The notes: generated by a model not told the origin, from the letters alone. A DNA stretch of 64,000 nt from Candidatus Campbellbacteria bacterium (GCA_045863475.1 BTUR01000002.1:410-64409), one strand, 5' to 3'; shown: positions 35,973-46,130, counted from the stretch's first letter. Numbers and translations: made by a program.

Positions 35973-37677
35973 TCGCACAAAGACCGTTGTTCACGATATT
36001 GCACCGGATGAAATATTTCTGGATGCGCACAACCTGCCGCATTTCAACCGCGATCAGTTCGAAGGAAAGATTGAGAAGCCTATTTCGCGCCGTGCGCTCT
36101 TTCTGTTCTCTATGTCACTGTGTCTGCTCGGCATGGTTGCCATCGGGCGCGTTTTTTTTCTACAGGTGGTGCAGGGCGAGTCGTACGCGCTCCATGCGCG
36201 GAACAACTGGCTTGATGAAGAGATTATCTTCTCACAGCGCGGACTAATTCTGGACCGCACGGGGGAGAAGCTCGCGTGGAACGAATCACGAATCGGCACG
36301 ACGACAGGCGAGGAGGCGGAGGACACGTTTCCGTTTCGCCGTTATGACCCGCATCCGGCACTCTCGCACATTCTCGGCTATGTTCGTTATCCGCAAAAAG
36401 ACCGTAACGGTAACTACTTCCAGGACGCGGTTGTGGGTGTTGAAGGGCTCGAGCGCGTCTATGACGACACGCTCTCCGGCGCGCAGGGACACGTTATTAC
36501 CGAGCGTGATGCGCTGAATACCGTCGTGTCACAGTCAACGATTGATACGCCCGTTGACGGGCAACCACTGCAACTGACGATTGATGCGCGGCTGCAGAAA
36601 GCGCTGTATGACTTTGCGGAAGAACTCTCCAAGGACGTCGGATTCTCGGGAGGTGCGGGTGTTGTCATTGACGTTGCCACGGGCGAGCTCATCGTTTCCA
36701 TGAGCATGCCCGGATACGACCCGAATGTGCTTGCAGACGCGTCCGACTCTGACGCGGTCCAGGCATACCTGGATGACCCGCAGGTGCCGTTTCTCAATCG
36801 CGCCGTCGGCGGTCTCTACACGCCCGGTTCCATTCTCAAACCGTTCTTTGCCATCGGTGCGCTTGCAGAAGGTATCGTGACGCCGGAAAAAGAATTTTAC
36901 AGCGACGGCGCACTGCGCGTGCCAAATCCATATAACCCGGACCAACCGACAATTTTCAAAGACTGGAAAGCGCACGGATGGGTTGATATGCGTCGCGCGC
37001 TTGCGGTGTCGTCCAACGTGTACTTCATGACCATCGGCGGCGGTTTCGGCGACCAAAAAGGTTTAGGTATTCAAAACATCGAGAAGTATGTGCGGATGTT
37101 TACTATTGCTCAGAAGACCGGCGTTGATATTCCCGGTGAAGTTGAAGGTGTCATTCCGAGCATCGCATGGAAGAAAAAGCTATTTCCTGATGATCCATGG
37201 CGGCTCGGTGACACGTACAACAGTTCTATCGGTCAGTACGGTTTTCAGGCAACACCACTGCAGATGGCGCGTGCGGTGGCGATGATTGCCAACGGCGGAC
37301 TCACCGTTGTTCCGCACGCGCACGCAGACACCACCGTCGTTCCTGTCGGCACCATCCCCATCTCTCAAGAGGTGTTTCAGGTCGTACGCGAAGGTATGAG
37401 GGCGTCGGTGCTTGATGGTACGGCGCGTGCGTTGAATGTCCCGTACGTCAACATTGCCGGAAAAACCGGCACCGCGGAACTCGGTGTGTCCAAGGAAAAG
37501 GTCAACTCGTGGATTATGGGATTCTGGCCGTATGAGAATCCTCGGTACGCGTTTGCAATGGTCATGGAGAAAGGACCGGTGACAAACCTTATCGGTTCGG
37601 CGTCAGTCATGCGTCGATTTTTCGACTGGATGCACCAGAATGCCCCCGAGTATCTTGACACGTCGGCGGGAGCGTAG
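35959..37677 (+). CDS. mrdA: Penicillin-binding protein 2 (elongasome transpeptidase)
   Basis: SILKPF (SxxK), SSN and KTGTAE motifs. Confidence 0.85.
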   Translation: MRIFNRTKTVVHDIAPDEIFLDAHNLPHFNRDQFEGKIEKPISRRALFLFSMSLCLLGMVAIGRVFFLQVVQGESYALHARNNWLDEEIIFSQRGLILDRTGEKLAWNESRIGTTTGEEAEDTFPFRRYDPHPALSHILGYVRYPQKDRNGNYFQDAVVGVEGLERVYDDTLSGAQGHVITERDALNTVVSQSTIDTPVDGQPLQLTIDARLQKALYDFAEELSKDVGFSGGAGVVIDVATGELIVSMSMPGYDPNVLADASDSDAVQAYLDDPQVPFLNRAVGGLYTPGSILKPFFAIGALAEGIVTPEKEFYSDGALRVPNPYNPDQPTIFKDWKAHGWVDMRRALAVSSNVYFMTIGGGFGDQKGLGIQNIEKYVRMFTIAQKTGVDIPGEVEGVIPSIAWKKKLFPDDPWRLGDTYNSSIGQYGFQATPLQMARAVAMIANGGLTVVPHAHADTTVVPVGTIPISQEVFQVVREGMRASVLDGTARALNVPYVNIAGKTGTAELGVSKEKVNSWIMGFWPYENPRYAFAMVMEKGPVTNLIGSASVMRRFFDWMHQNAPEYLDTSAGA

Positions 37678-37724
37678 CTCTCCACTTGTGCGCCTTCATC
37701 TTTGCGTGTATAGTGCTTGCCAAT

Positions 37725-38195
37725 ATGGGAGAGGATAAGCAGTATCTGACCGAAGCAAAATACAACGAGCTCAAAAATGAGCTTGATTTTTTAATTACAA
37801 CGCACCGCAACGAAGTCGCGCGTCAGCTTGAAACCGCACGCGCATTCGGTGACCTCTCTGAGAACGCGGAGTACCAGGAAGCGCGTCAGGAGCAGGGCAA
37901 AACGGAGTCGCGTATCAAATATCTCGCAGGCCTCCTTAAGAAAGCGGAAATCGTAAAAATACATCACAGCAGTGACGTTGAGGTAGGTTCAACGGTCACA
38001 CTTCAGAAAGCAGGGGAAAAAGAGAAGAAGGAATTTAGCATCGTGGGTTCTGAAGAGGCGGACACGGCAACAGGCCGTATCTCGTCGCACTCACCTCTGG
38101 GTCACGCACTCTTGGGTAAAAAGAAAGGGGAGACATTTACGTTTACAACGCCGTCCGGCAAAACGGTTGAGTATACCGTTGTTTCCATAGACTAG
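37725..38195 (+). CDS. greA: Transcription elongation factor GreA
   Basis: The DLSENAEY acidic finger motif and a C-terminal FKBP-like domain. Confidence 0.85.
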   Translation: MGEDKQYLTEAKYNELKNELDFLITTHRNEVARQLETARAFGDLSENAEYQEARQEQGKTESRIKYLAGLLKKAEIVKIHHSSDVEVGSTVTLQKAGEKEKKEFSIVGSEEADTATGRISSHSPLGHALLGKKKGETFTFTTPSGKTVEYTVVSID

Positions 38196-38251
38196 CCCGA
38201 CTGAGGACCTTCGTGTAGCATAGAGGTACAGCTTTTCGCTGTATCTCTATC

Positions 38252-39700
38252 ATGTCTTTGGAAGATATTCGGAACGAACGATTGAAGAAACTCGCACTGC
38301 TGAAAGAGCAGGGCATAAATCCGTATCCGGCAACGTCACGTCGCACGACAACCATCAGCAATCTCCTTGAGGGCTTTGATGGGAAAGTTGACGGTGCTTC
38401 CGTGACCATCGCAGGTCGCGTTATGTCCATCCGCGAACATGGCGGAACTATTTTTTGTGATTTGTATGACGGCACCGGAAAAATTCAGGGATATCTGAAA
38501 GAAGACGAACTCGGCGAGCACTTTGCGTCGTTTGGCCACACGGTCGACATCGGTGACTTCATTGACCTCTCCGGAACACCGACGAAAACGAAACGAGGTG
38601 AGAACAGCGTCTTGGCGTCATCGTGGACGATGCTCTCGAAGTCCTTGCGCACGCTTCCGGAGAAGTGGGTGGGTATTACCGACCCGGAGGAACGTCTGCG
38701 CCGTCGTTACCTTGATATTCTCTCCAACGAAGAGGCACGACGCATCGTTGAAAAACGATCCGTTTTTTGGAACAGCATGCGCACGTTTTTCCTTTCCCGC
38801 GGATACACGGAGGTGGAAACACCGGTGCTTGAAACCGTAACCGGCGGCGCCGAAGCCCGGCCGTTTGTTACACACCACAACGCGCTTGATATTGATGTGT
38901 TTTTGCGCATTTCAGCGGGAGAATTGTGGCAGAAGAAACTTATGGTTGCCGGCATTCCGAAAACCTTTGAAATCGGACGCATTTTTCGCAATGAAGGCAT
39001 GTCCGCAGAACACCTGCAGGATTACACCCAGATGGAGAGCTACGAAGCGTATGCGGATTTTGAAACGGGTATGCAGCTCGTGCAGGATTTGTATCGGACG
39101 GTTGCACAAGAGACATTCGGAACGACGACATTTACCATCGGTGAATTCAGCGTTGATTTGAATGGCGAGTGGCCGAAGCTTCACTTCTGCGAACTTATAG
39201 AGAAGGAATACGGCATTGACCCGCGAACCGTGTCAGAGAAAGAGGCGATTGCGCTGTATAAAAAAACACACCCGAAGATGCCTGTTCCTGAGACAAAGGA
39301 GCGCGCAGTAGACGGTCTCTGGAAAAATATTCGCAAGACCATCGGCGGTCCCGCATTCCTTATCGGTGTTCCGGTATATCTTGAACCGCTTGCAAAACGC
39401 TCACGAGATGACGACGCGACGGTGGAGCGCTTCCAGGTCATTCTTGCCGGCTCCGAAATGGGGAAGGGATTTTCTGAACTTAACGACCCGATTGACCAGC
39501 GGGAGCGATTCCTCCACCAACAGTCACTGCGGGACCGCGGTGATGAGGAGGCGCAGATGGCGGATCTCGAATATGTTGAAGCGATGGAATACGGCATGCC
39601 GCCGACCTTCGGTTTCGGTGTCTCCGAGCGCCTATTCAGCTTTCTGATGAATCTATCCGTCCGAGAAGGCCAGATTTTCCCGCTCATGCGGCCCCGATAA
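38252..39700 (+). CDS. lysS: Lysine--tRNA ligase (class II)
   Basis: N-terminal OB anticodon-binding domain, then the class II catalytic core (..FRNEG.., GGAEARPF). Confidence 0.9.
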   Translation: MSLEDIRNERLKKLALLKEQGINPYPATSRRTTTISNLLEGFDGKVDGASVTIAGRVMSIREHGGTIFCDLYDGTGKIQGYLKEDELGEHFASFGHTVDIGDFIDLSGTPTKTKRGENSVLASSWTMLSKSLRTLPEKWVGITDPEERLRRRYLDILSNEEARRIVEKRSVFWNSMRTFFLSRGYTEVETPVLETVTGGAEARPFVTHHNALDIDVFLRISAGELWQKKLMVAGIPKTFEIGRIFRNEGMSAEHLQDYTQMESYEAYADFETGMQLVQDLYRTVAQETFGTTTFTIGEFSVDLNGEWPKLHFCELIEKEYGIDPRTVSEKEAIALYKKTHPKMPVPETKERAVDGLWKNIRKTIGGPAFLIGVPVYLEPLAKRSRDDDATVERFQVILAGSEMGKGFSELNDPIDQRERFLHQQSLRDRGDEEAQMADLEYVEAMEYGMPPTFGFGVSERLFSFLMNLSVREGQIFPLMRPR

Positions 39701-39705
39701 GGACT

Positions 39706-40419
39706 ATGAAAGATAAGACGCTAGCTTCTGTAATCATCGGTGTGGGTGTACTGGTGGGTCTTGTAATTTTTCTTGGAGACGAGTTTTCAAAGGCACGGCG
39801 ATTTGCACGGCTAGAGAGTGAATGGGAGGGATTGTTGTTGGAACAGACGACAGGTTCTCAAGTAGGAGGGAACAAAAAAGAGAAAGAAAATTATGAGCGG
39901 AAATTAGCTGAATCTAAGGACGGTATTTTTTCAGACGGGGTAGAGGTGGGCATAAGACTCCCTCGGGAAAGTTTTTCTCCGGAGGGAAATTTTCGCTACC
40001 ATATTGAGTGTAAACCAGACACGGATTCATGCGGAGGGTTTGTTACGGACCTTCGTAAGAATGTAAGCGTTTTCGTTCCGACATTCCAAACACTTGCCTG
40101 GTATGAAGAAGAATATCTTGTCGGGTTGCCCACACTGATGGGTGGGAGCCAAGGACTTTTCTTTGTTCCGCTTGGTGAAATGGAGAAGTTGGAACAGTTT
40201 CAATCCCTTCAAGAGCATTTTGGGTTTTTTCAGCAGGCTTTTCAAATAAGCAACACCGCGTACAGTCCGGAGCGCGCTTTTATAAAAAACGTCAATTTGG
40301 TTTCGGATGGTGTGTACTATACTCGCTTCTACCCAGAATTGGGGAGGTTTTCAGATAGTTTTTATGACAGGGGATTACGTCGCTCGACCATGATCGCTGA
40401 CCAGGGGGAAAGCTACTAA
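39706..40419 (+). CDS. Hypothetical membrane-anchored protein with AT-rich codon usage
   Basis: N-terminal TM LASVIIGVGVLVGLVIFL. No known domain. Followed by a strong terminator. Confidence 0.5.
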   Translation: MKDKTLASVIIGVGVLVGLVIFLGDEFSKARRFARLESEWEGLLLEQTTGSQVGGNKKEKENYERKLAESKDGIFSDGVEVGIRLPRESFSPEGNFRYHIECKPDTDSCGGFVTDLRKNVSVFVPTFQTLAWYEEEYLVGLPTLMGGSQGLFFVPLGEMEKLEQFQSLQEHFGFFQQAFQISNTAYSPERAFIKNVNLVSDGVYYTRFYPELGRFSDSFYDRGLRRSTMIADQGESY

Positions 40420-40426
40420 ACAGGCT

Positions 40427-40470
40427 CAAAAACACCCCCGCCCGTAGACATACGGGCGGGGGTGTTTTGT
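40427..40470 (+). terminator. Strong intrinsic terminator
   Basis: AAAAACACCCCCGCCCG tagacata CGGGCGGGGGTGTTTTGT. Confidence 0.8.
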
Positions 40471-40480
40471 ACTCATAAAA

Positions 40481-40547
40481 GTGGATAAAAGTGCTTGATG
40501 GTGGGATAGGGTGGGGTAAAATAATAGTCATGTGGGACAAAGTGGGA
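40481..40547 (+). promoter_or_regulatory. Putative MraZ operator: six GTGGR repeats phased at 10 bp upstream of mraZ
   Basis: GTGGA(40481) GTGCT(40491) GTGGG(40501) GTGGG(40511) ... GTGGG(40532) GTGGG(40542). MraZ is known to bind direct TGGGN repeats in dcw promoters. Confidence 0.55.
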
Positions 40548-40616
40548 AACGACACTTTGTCGTTTCCCCTGTGTCCAAAAATGTTTACTGCAGGTCGTTC
40601 CTCATCTTTATCCATC

Positions 40617-41051
40617 ATGCTCATCGGCGAATACAAACATACGCTCGACGACAAGAAGCGACTTTCACTTCCGGTGAAGTTCCGTCAGGAACTCGGAAAG
40701 AAAATTGTCGTGACGCGTGGTCTTGAAGGATGTCTGTTTGTGTATTCGCAGAAAGAGTGGAAGGCGATAGCAGAGCAGCTTAAATCCTTGGGCATGGGCC
40801 AACAGGGCACGAGAGGATTTGCGCGCTTTATGCTTGCTGGCGCATCGGAGGTGGACGTGGATTCTGCGGGACGCATGTTGATACCGGATTTCTTGAGAGA
40901 CTTCGCGGAGCTGAAGGGAAAGGTGGTATTCGCGGGTGTTGCCTCGCGGGTTGAAATCTGGAATGAGCGTCAGTGGGATGCCTACACGCGACGCATTGAG
41001 AAAGAGGCCGATGTTCTCGCCGAGCAGCTCGGAGGAGTCGGCGCGATTTAG
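40617..41051 (+). CDS. mraZ: Transcriptional regulator MraZ
   Basis: MLIGEYKHTLDDKKRLSLP plus two DXXXR-containing halves. Confidence 0.85.
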   Translation: MLIGEYKHTLDDKKRLSLPVKFRQELGKKIVVTRGLEGCLFVYSQKEWKAIAEQLKSLGMGQQGTRGFARFMLAGASEVDVDSAGRMLIPDFLRDFAELKGKVVFAGVASRVEIWNERQWDAYTRRIEKEADVLAEQLGGVGAI

Positions 41052-41057
41052 AGAGGC

Positions 41058-41942
41058 ATGCACATTCCTGTTCTTTTACAAGAAGTGATCGACGGTTTGG
41101 CGATTGCCTCCGGCGACACCCTCATTGACGCGACGGTCGGCGGCGGCGGGTACACCCGAGCGCTGTGCGAGAAAGTCGGCGGCAAAGGAGTGGTCGTGGG
41201 ATTTGACCAAGACGGCGATGCAATTGCGCGTGCGCAAGCACTGCTTGTCGATGTTCCCTGTACGCTTCATCTCGTGTGTGCGAATTTTCGAGAGATGCGC
41301 GCCGAGCTCCAGAAGCTGGGCATACAGCACATCGACGGTGCAGCATTCGACCTCGGGTTCTCAAGCAATCAACTTGAGGAGTCGGGAAGAGGGTTCAGCT
41401 TTCTTGCAGACGAACCTCTTCACATGGCGCTTGCGACCGACAAGAAAAAAGTACCGTTTACCGCACGCGACATCGTGAACGAGTGGAACGAGGAAGATAT
41501 TGCCAATGTCGTATTCGGGTACGGAGAAGAACGCTACGCGCGCCGCATCGCAAAAGCAATTGTTGAGGCGCGGCAGGGTGAAGAAATCGCGACGACGAAT
41601 CAATTAGTCGCGATTATCAAGAACGCGGTTCCCGGACGATACAGAACCGGCGCGATTCACCCGGCGACACGAACGTTCCAGGCACTGCGCATTGCGGTCA
41701 ACGACGAGCTCAATGCTCTCCGAGAGGGACTGGAAGCGGCGTATGAGATGCTTTCTCCCGGAAAACGAATCGCCGTTGTCTCATTTCACAGTCTCGAGGA
41801 TCGCATCGTCAAAGAATTTTCGAAAGAAAAAGAGAAAGACGGGGCGGTGCGGGTGACGAAGAAGCCCATAACACCAAGCGAAGCAGAGATTCGGAGCAAT
41901 CCACGGTCACGTTCAGCAAAACTGCGCATCTTACAAAAATAA
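41058..41942 (+). CDS. rsmH: 16S rRNA (cytosine1402-N4)-methyltransferase RsmH
   Basis: MHIPVLLQEV..DATVGGGGYT SAM motif. Confidence 0.9.
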   Translation: MHIPVLLQEVIDGLAIASGDTLIDATVGGGGYTRALCEKVGGKGVVVGFDQDGDAIARAQALLVDVPCTLHLVCANFREMRAELQKLGIQHIDGAAFDLGFSSNQLEESGRGFSFLADEPLHMALATDKKKVPFTARDIVNEWNEEDIANVVFGYGEERYARRIAKAIVEARQGEEIATTNQLVAIIKNAVPGRYRTGAIHPATRTFQALRIAVNDELNALREGLEAAYEMLSPGKRIAVVSFHSLEDRIVKEFSKEKEKDGAVRVTKKPITPSEAEIRSNPRSRSAKLRILQK

Positions 41943-41958
41943 CTTTTATACAATACCT

Positions 41959-42276
41959 ATGGTACGAGAACTCCTACAACTCAATACGTTTCACAAAAAG
42001 GCGATTACCGCCTTGTTCGGTGTTCTCGTAATGCTTTTGTTTGCGTACGGACTGCTCATGTCCCGTGTCATTTTGCAGGTTATGGCACGCAACGATATTG
42101 AGCGCTCAATCGCGGGCGCTACCGCAGATATCGCGTTTTTGGAGTCTGAATACATGAAGATGGCTGACTCATTGACGCTTGCGCGAGCGCACGAGCTCGG
42201 TTTTGTTGATACACACGTCTCATTGTTCGTTTCGCGCCGCGCAGACGCGTTCTCTTTCCGTACCAACGCCGAATAA
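41959..42276 (+). CDS. ftsL: FtsL-like cell division protein (single TM + coiled coil)
   Basis: Position between rsmH and ftsI. TM helix ITALFGVLVMLLFAYGLLM. Confidence 0.5.
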   Translation: MVRELLQLNTFHKKAITALFGVLVMLLFAYGLLMSRVILQVMARNDIERSIAGATADIAFLESEYMKMADSLTLARAHELGFVDTHVSLFVSRRADAFSFRTNAE

Positions 42277-42282
42277 CCCTGC

Positions 42283-44010
42283 ATGAAGAGCGATACGCAT
42301 CACAGAAGGATCCACTTCCTCTTCGGGGTTTTTTTCGTCATCGCACTTGTTTTTATCGGCAAACTGTACCTCGTACAGATTGTGCAACATGATTCATGGG
42401 ACGATCGCGCCGATCGGCAATTCTCACTACCCTCAGGAAGAATTTTTGATCGCGGCACTATCTTTTTTCAAGACAAGGCAGGTGAACGCATATCAGCCGC
42501 AACACTTGCGTCCGGTTTAACGCTTGCCATACTGCCGGACAAACTCGAAGACCCAAGCGACGCGTACGACAAACTCTCCGCAATCGTTGCAATTGACAAA
42601 GATGAGTTCATGGAAAAAGCTGCGAAGAAAGGAGACCCGTATGAAATGATTACGCGGCGCATTGATGCAGAAGATGCAGAACAGATACTGTCTCTTGGTA
42701 TCGGCGGCGTCGTCTTGGAGAAGGAACGCTGGAGGTTGTACCCGGGAGACGAGCGCGCCGCAAACACCATCGGCTTTGTCGGTTTCGATGGGGATGACCT
42801 CGTCGGACGGTACGGACTTGAACAGTTTTACGAAGAGGTGTTGCAGCGTCGGGACGAGAAACTCTACAAGAATATTTTTGTTGAGGTGTTTTCCGGTGTT
42901 CAGGATGTCGCGAAAGCGCGAGAGAACGAAGCGCGCGGCGACGTGGTCACCTCTATCGAACCGAACGTGCAGAGTTACCTTGAAGGATTGCTCACCGGGC
43001 TTAACGAAGAACTTTCTCCACGATCGCTCGGCGGTGTCATTATGGACCCGATGACGGGAGAGATAGTTGCACTTGCCATTTTGCCGACGTTTGACCCGAA
43101 CGAATTTTATGATGTTGAAGACCCGCACGTGTTCGGCAATCCGGTCGTTGAAAGCATTTTTGAAATGGGTTCCATCATCAAACCGCTCACCATTGCCGCG
43201 GGTCTGGATGCCGGTGTGATTACGCCGCAGAGTACGTATAACGACCGCGGATTCGTTGAAGCAAACGGAAGAACAATTTGGAACCATGACGCAAAAGGCC
43301 GCGGACCGGGAACGTCCATACAGACGGTACTCGGTGAATCACTTAACACGGGTGTTGCACATATCGTCTCATTACTCGGCAATAAAAAGTTTGCCGACTA
43401 CATGCGAGCCTACGGGCTGGACCAGGAAACAGGCATTGACCTTCCCGGAGAGGTGCGGGGCAAACTGGGCAACCTCGACACGTCGCGTGACATCGAGTAC
43501 ATTACCGCCTCGTACGGACAGGGTATCGCACTAACACCGATTGCCACTGTTCGTGCGCTTGCCGCACTGGGCAACGGCGGCAAGCTCGTTGTGCCGCACA
43601 TAGCCACCGAAACGATAAGTGATCTTGGGATAGCAAAAACACTGACCCGTTCGGGAGAAAAGCAGGTGCTCTCTCCGGAGACAAGTGAAACCATTACACG
43701 GATGCTCGTTGAGGTTGTGGACAAGTATCTTCTGGGCGGTACGATTAAGAAGGACAACTACGCGATAGCAGCAAAGACGGGAACGGCACAGGTAACGAAT
43801 CCGGCGACGGGCAAGTACTACGAAGACCGATTTTTCCACTCGTTCTTCGGCTACTTCCCGGCGTATAACCCACGCTTCATTATCTTTTTCTACGCCGATG
43901 ACCCGAAGGGGACGAACTTCGCATCGCAGACATTCACGCTTCCGTTCCGAGATACTGTTGATTTTCTCATCAATTACTACGAGATTCCGCCTGACCGACA
44001 ACAACAATGA
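42283..44010 (+). CDS. ftsI: Penicillin-binding protein (FtsI-type transpeptidase)
   Basis: SIIKPL (SxxK), SLN and KTGTAQ motifs, with an N-terminal TM. Confidence 0.85.
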   Translation: MKSDTHHRRIHFLFGVFFVIALVFIGKLYLVQIVQHDSWDDRADRQFSLPSGRIFDRGTIFFQDKAGERISAATLASGLTLAILPDKLEDPSDAYDKLSAIVAIDKDEFMEKAAKKGDPYEMITRRIDAEDAEQILSLGIGGVVLEKERWRLYPGDERAANTIGFVGFDGDDLVGRYGLEQFYEEVLQRRDEKLYKNIFVEVFSGVQDVAKARENEARGDVVTSIEPNVQSYLEGLLTGLNEELSPRSLGGVIMDPMTGEIVALAILPTFDPNEFYDVEDPHVFGNPVVESIFEMGSIIKPLTIAAGLDAGVITPQSTYNDRGFVEANGRTIWNHDAKGRGPGTSIQTVLGESLNTGVAHIVSLLGNKKFADYMRAYGLDQETGIDLPGEVRGKLGNLDTSRDIEYITASYGQGIALTPIATVRALAALGNGGKLVVPHIATETISDLGIAKTLTRSGEKQVLSPETSETITRMLVEVVDKYLLGGTIKKDNYAIAAKTGTAQVTNPATGKYYEDRFFHSFFGYFPAYNPRFIIFFYADDPKGTNFASQTFTLPFRDTVDFLINYYEIPPDRQQQ

Positions 44011-45290
44011 GGTCGTTCTACAAAAAAATAATCGTTGCACTCCTTTTCTTTGAAGCTAAAGTAGCGCTGTGGATGCACCGACCGCGTATTGTCGGCGTCA
44101 CCGGTTCCGTCGGTAAGACATCAACGAAAGATGCCATTGCAAGTGTGGCGCGTCAGCTCGGGAGCACCCGCGCAAGCGCAAAAAGCTACAACTCCGAACT
44201 CGGACTCCCGCTTACCATTTTGGGTCTGGAAACGGCGTGGGGAAGCGTGTTCGGGTGGGCTCGAAATCTTATTCGTGGTCTGTTTTCGGCAATTTTCTCT
44301 TTTTCGTATCCAAAACTGCTCGTCCTTGAACTCGGAGTGGACCATCCTGGTGACATGGACCGTGCCATACGGCTGCTTTCATTGGATACGGCGGTTATCA
44401 CGCATATCGGAGAGGTGCCGGTGCACGTGGAGTTCTTCGAGTCTGCCCGCGGTGTCCTTCAGGAGAAGGCAAAAATTATACGGGGACTTTCCGAAGACAG
44501 TGTGCTTATTTTGACGTATGACGATGAACGCGTGCGGGAACTGAAAAATGAATGCAAATGCAGAGTTATCACATTCGGCAGGCAAGAAGGGGCGGATGTG
44601 CACGGTGATTACTACAACGTGATGTATGACGAGGCGGGGAGGCCCACGGGGGTGACGTTTAAGGTGCTCCATGGCGGCAACGTGGTGCCCATCGTACTCT
44701 CTGGTGTTCTTGGTAAACAAACCATGTACCCCTCACTTGCCGCTGCCGCATTCGGTATCACCCACGATTTGAATCTTGTAGAAGTCGGCGATGCGCTCTC
44801 ACAACGCGTGTTTCCGCCCGGACGCATGCGTGTTCTGGAAGGGTTGCATGGGACGACTATTATTGATGACACGTACAACGCATCCCCAATTGCGGTGCGC
44901 GAGGCACTCACCACACTCAAAGACCTCTCTGTGAAGGGAAAAAAAATTGCGGTGCTCGGCGACATGGCTGAGCTCGGTGAGCTTTCGGAACAGGCGCACG
45001 AGGACGTGGGCAGTCAGTGTGCCGGACTGGATGTACTCGTAACTGTAGGGAATCGCATGCGAGGAGCACGAGACGCGGCGAAAAGGACAGGTGTCGGGCG
45101 CATAGAGAGTTTTGAGAATGCGCGAGACGCGGGGTTGTTTGTCAAAAGTATTCTAAAAGAAGGAGACATCGTTCTTTTCAAAGGTTCACAGTCTATGCGT
45201 GTTGAGCGCGCGGTGGGAGAGATACTTGCACACCCAGAAAAGAAGCATGAGCTCCTTGTTCGGCAAGGTGGGGAATGGGGACGCCGGTAA
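44007..45290 (+). CDS. murF: UDP-N-acetylmuramoyl-tripeptide--D-alanyl-D-alanine ligase
   Basis: VGVTGSVGKTSTKD P-loop and the Mur ligase middle and C-terminal domains. Confidence 0.85.
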   Translation: MRSFYKKIIVALLFFEAKVALWMHRPRIVGVTGSVGKTSTKDAIASVARQLGSTRASAKSYNSELGLPLTILGLETAWGSVFGWARNLIRGLFSAIFSFSYPKLLVLELGVDHPGDMDRAIRLLSLDTAVITHIGEVPVHVEFFESARGVLQEKAKIIRGLSEDSVLILTYDDERVRELKNECKCRVITFGRQEGADVHGDYYNVMYDEAGRPTGVTFKVLHGGNVVPIVLSGVLGKQTMYPSLAAAAFGITHDLNLVEVGDALSQRVFPPGRMRVLEGLHGTTIIDDTYNASPIAVREALTTLKDLSVKGKKIAVLGDMAELGELSEQAHEDVGSQCAGLDVLVTVGNRMRGARDAAKRTGVGRIESFENARDAGLFVKSILKEGDIVLFKGSQSMRVERAVGEILAHPEKKHELLVRQGGEWGRR

Positions 45291-45306
45291 TCCTGATTTT
45301 AAAACA

Positions 45307-45343
45307 AACACGGCAACCTAAAGGTTCTTAGGTTGCCGTTTCT
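45307..45343. terminator. Bidirectional terminator between murF and cassette D
   Basis: CGGCAACCTAA aggttc TTAGGTTGCCG with T-runs on both strands. Confidence 0.65.
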
Positions 45344-45352
45344 CCATGTGGC

Positions 45353-45646
45353 CTAGCGGGTCAGGGGCCAGGACTTATCTCCGAACGTGTCAGTCCCAGT
45401 CGACCGCTCGCTTCCCGTGACGGTGGGAACGCGTTCGCGAGCGATCTCCACCATCTCGATGAAGAGGAGGTGTGCCTGGTAGTCAGGGTCGTCCTTGTCC
45501 GGGATGTCCAGGACACTCCACATCCTCAACAGCACCGGGAATGCCTTCTTGGGACCGACCTCCTTCGCGAAGACGTCGTACATCTTCTGTGCCCGCTCGC
45601 GAGTTTTCGCGAGTTCCTGGTGTACCTGGTCTGCTGTATCCGTCAT
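45353..45646 (-). CDS. Cassette D: small acidic helical protein (97 aa) with extreme GC3 and a strong SD
   Basis: AAAGGAGCATACCCC precedes the ATG on the minus strand. A TTGACAAAATAG box lies upstream. MTDTADQVHQELAKTRERAQKMYDVF... Confidence 0.5.
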   Translation of the reverse strand: MTDTADQVHQELAKTRERAQKMYDVFAKEVGPKKAFPVLLRMWSVLDIPDKDDPDYQAHLLFIEMVEIARERVPTVTGSERSTGTDTFGDKSWPLTR

Positions 45647-45939
45647 GGGGTATGCTCCTTTCTGGCGAGCACAATATTATAAAAAAACTATTTTGTCAAT
45701 AAACGAGCACGGCGACTCCGTACCGGAGTCGCCGTTGCGTTCACCCCACGACGCGCTTATAGAGCGTGTGTCCGATGGCGAACGTGAGAAGCGTTACGGA
45801 GATGCCCACCACGACAACCGTGGCCGTCAGCGTGACCCACTTTGGCATGGCGACCTCCTTTCTTTCTGAACCCATCATTCGCCTGTACCTTGAAAAAAGC
45901 AAGTGTGACAAAAAATACGCCCCGCGGGCGTATTTTCTA

Positions 45940-46017
45940 TGGTGACCTCATCGGGATTTGAACCCGAGTTTACGCCGTGAGAGGGCGTCGTCCTGGACCA
46001 GGCTAGACGATGAGGCC
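45940..46017 (-). tRNA. tRNA-Glu(CUC) with encoded CCA
   Basis: The reverse complement GGCCTCATCGTCTAGCCTGGTCCAGGACGACGCCCTCTCACGGCGTAAACTCGGGTTCAAATCCCGATGAGGTCACCA. A hairpin + T-run terminator follows at 45912-45938. Confidence 0.9.
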
Positions 46018-46066
46018 ATGTACCACGGCACCATGCGTCTGTGTAGTCCACGTTGTTCTCACGGTT

Positions 46067-46130
46067 CCGTGAGAGGGATTGAGGGCACTGGTGTGCCGTC
46101 AATCCGTAGACCAGGCTAGACGATGAGGCC
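46067..46130 (-). pseudogene. tRNA-Glu 5' fragment (24 nt identical to the tRNA-Glu(UUC) 5' end) plus an anticodon-loop-like remnant. Not a complete tRNA.
   Basis: The minus strand reads GGCCTCATCGTCTAGCCTGGTCTA..CCCTCTCACGG but lacks the 3' acceptor and T arm. Confidence 0.55.
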
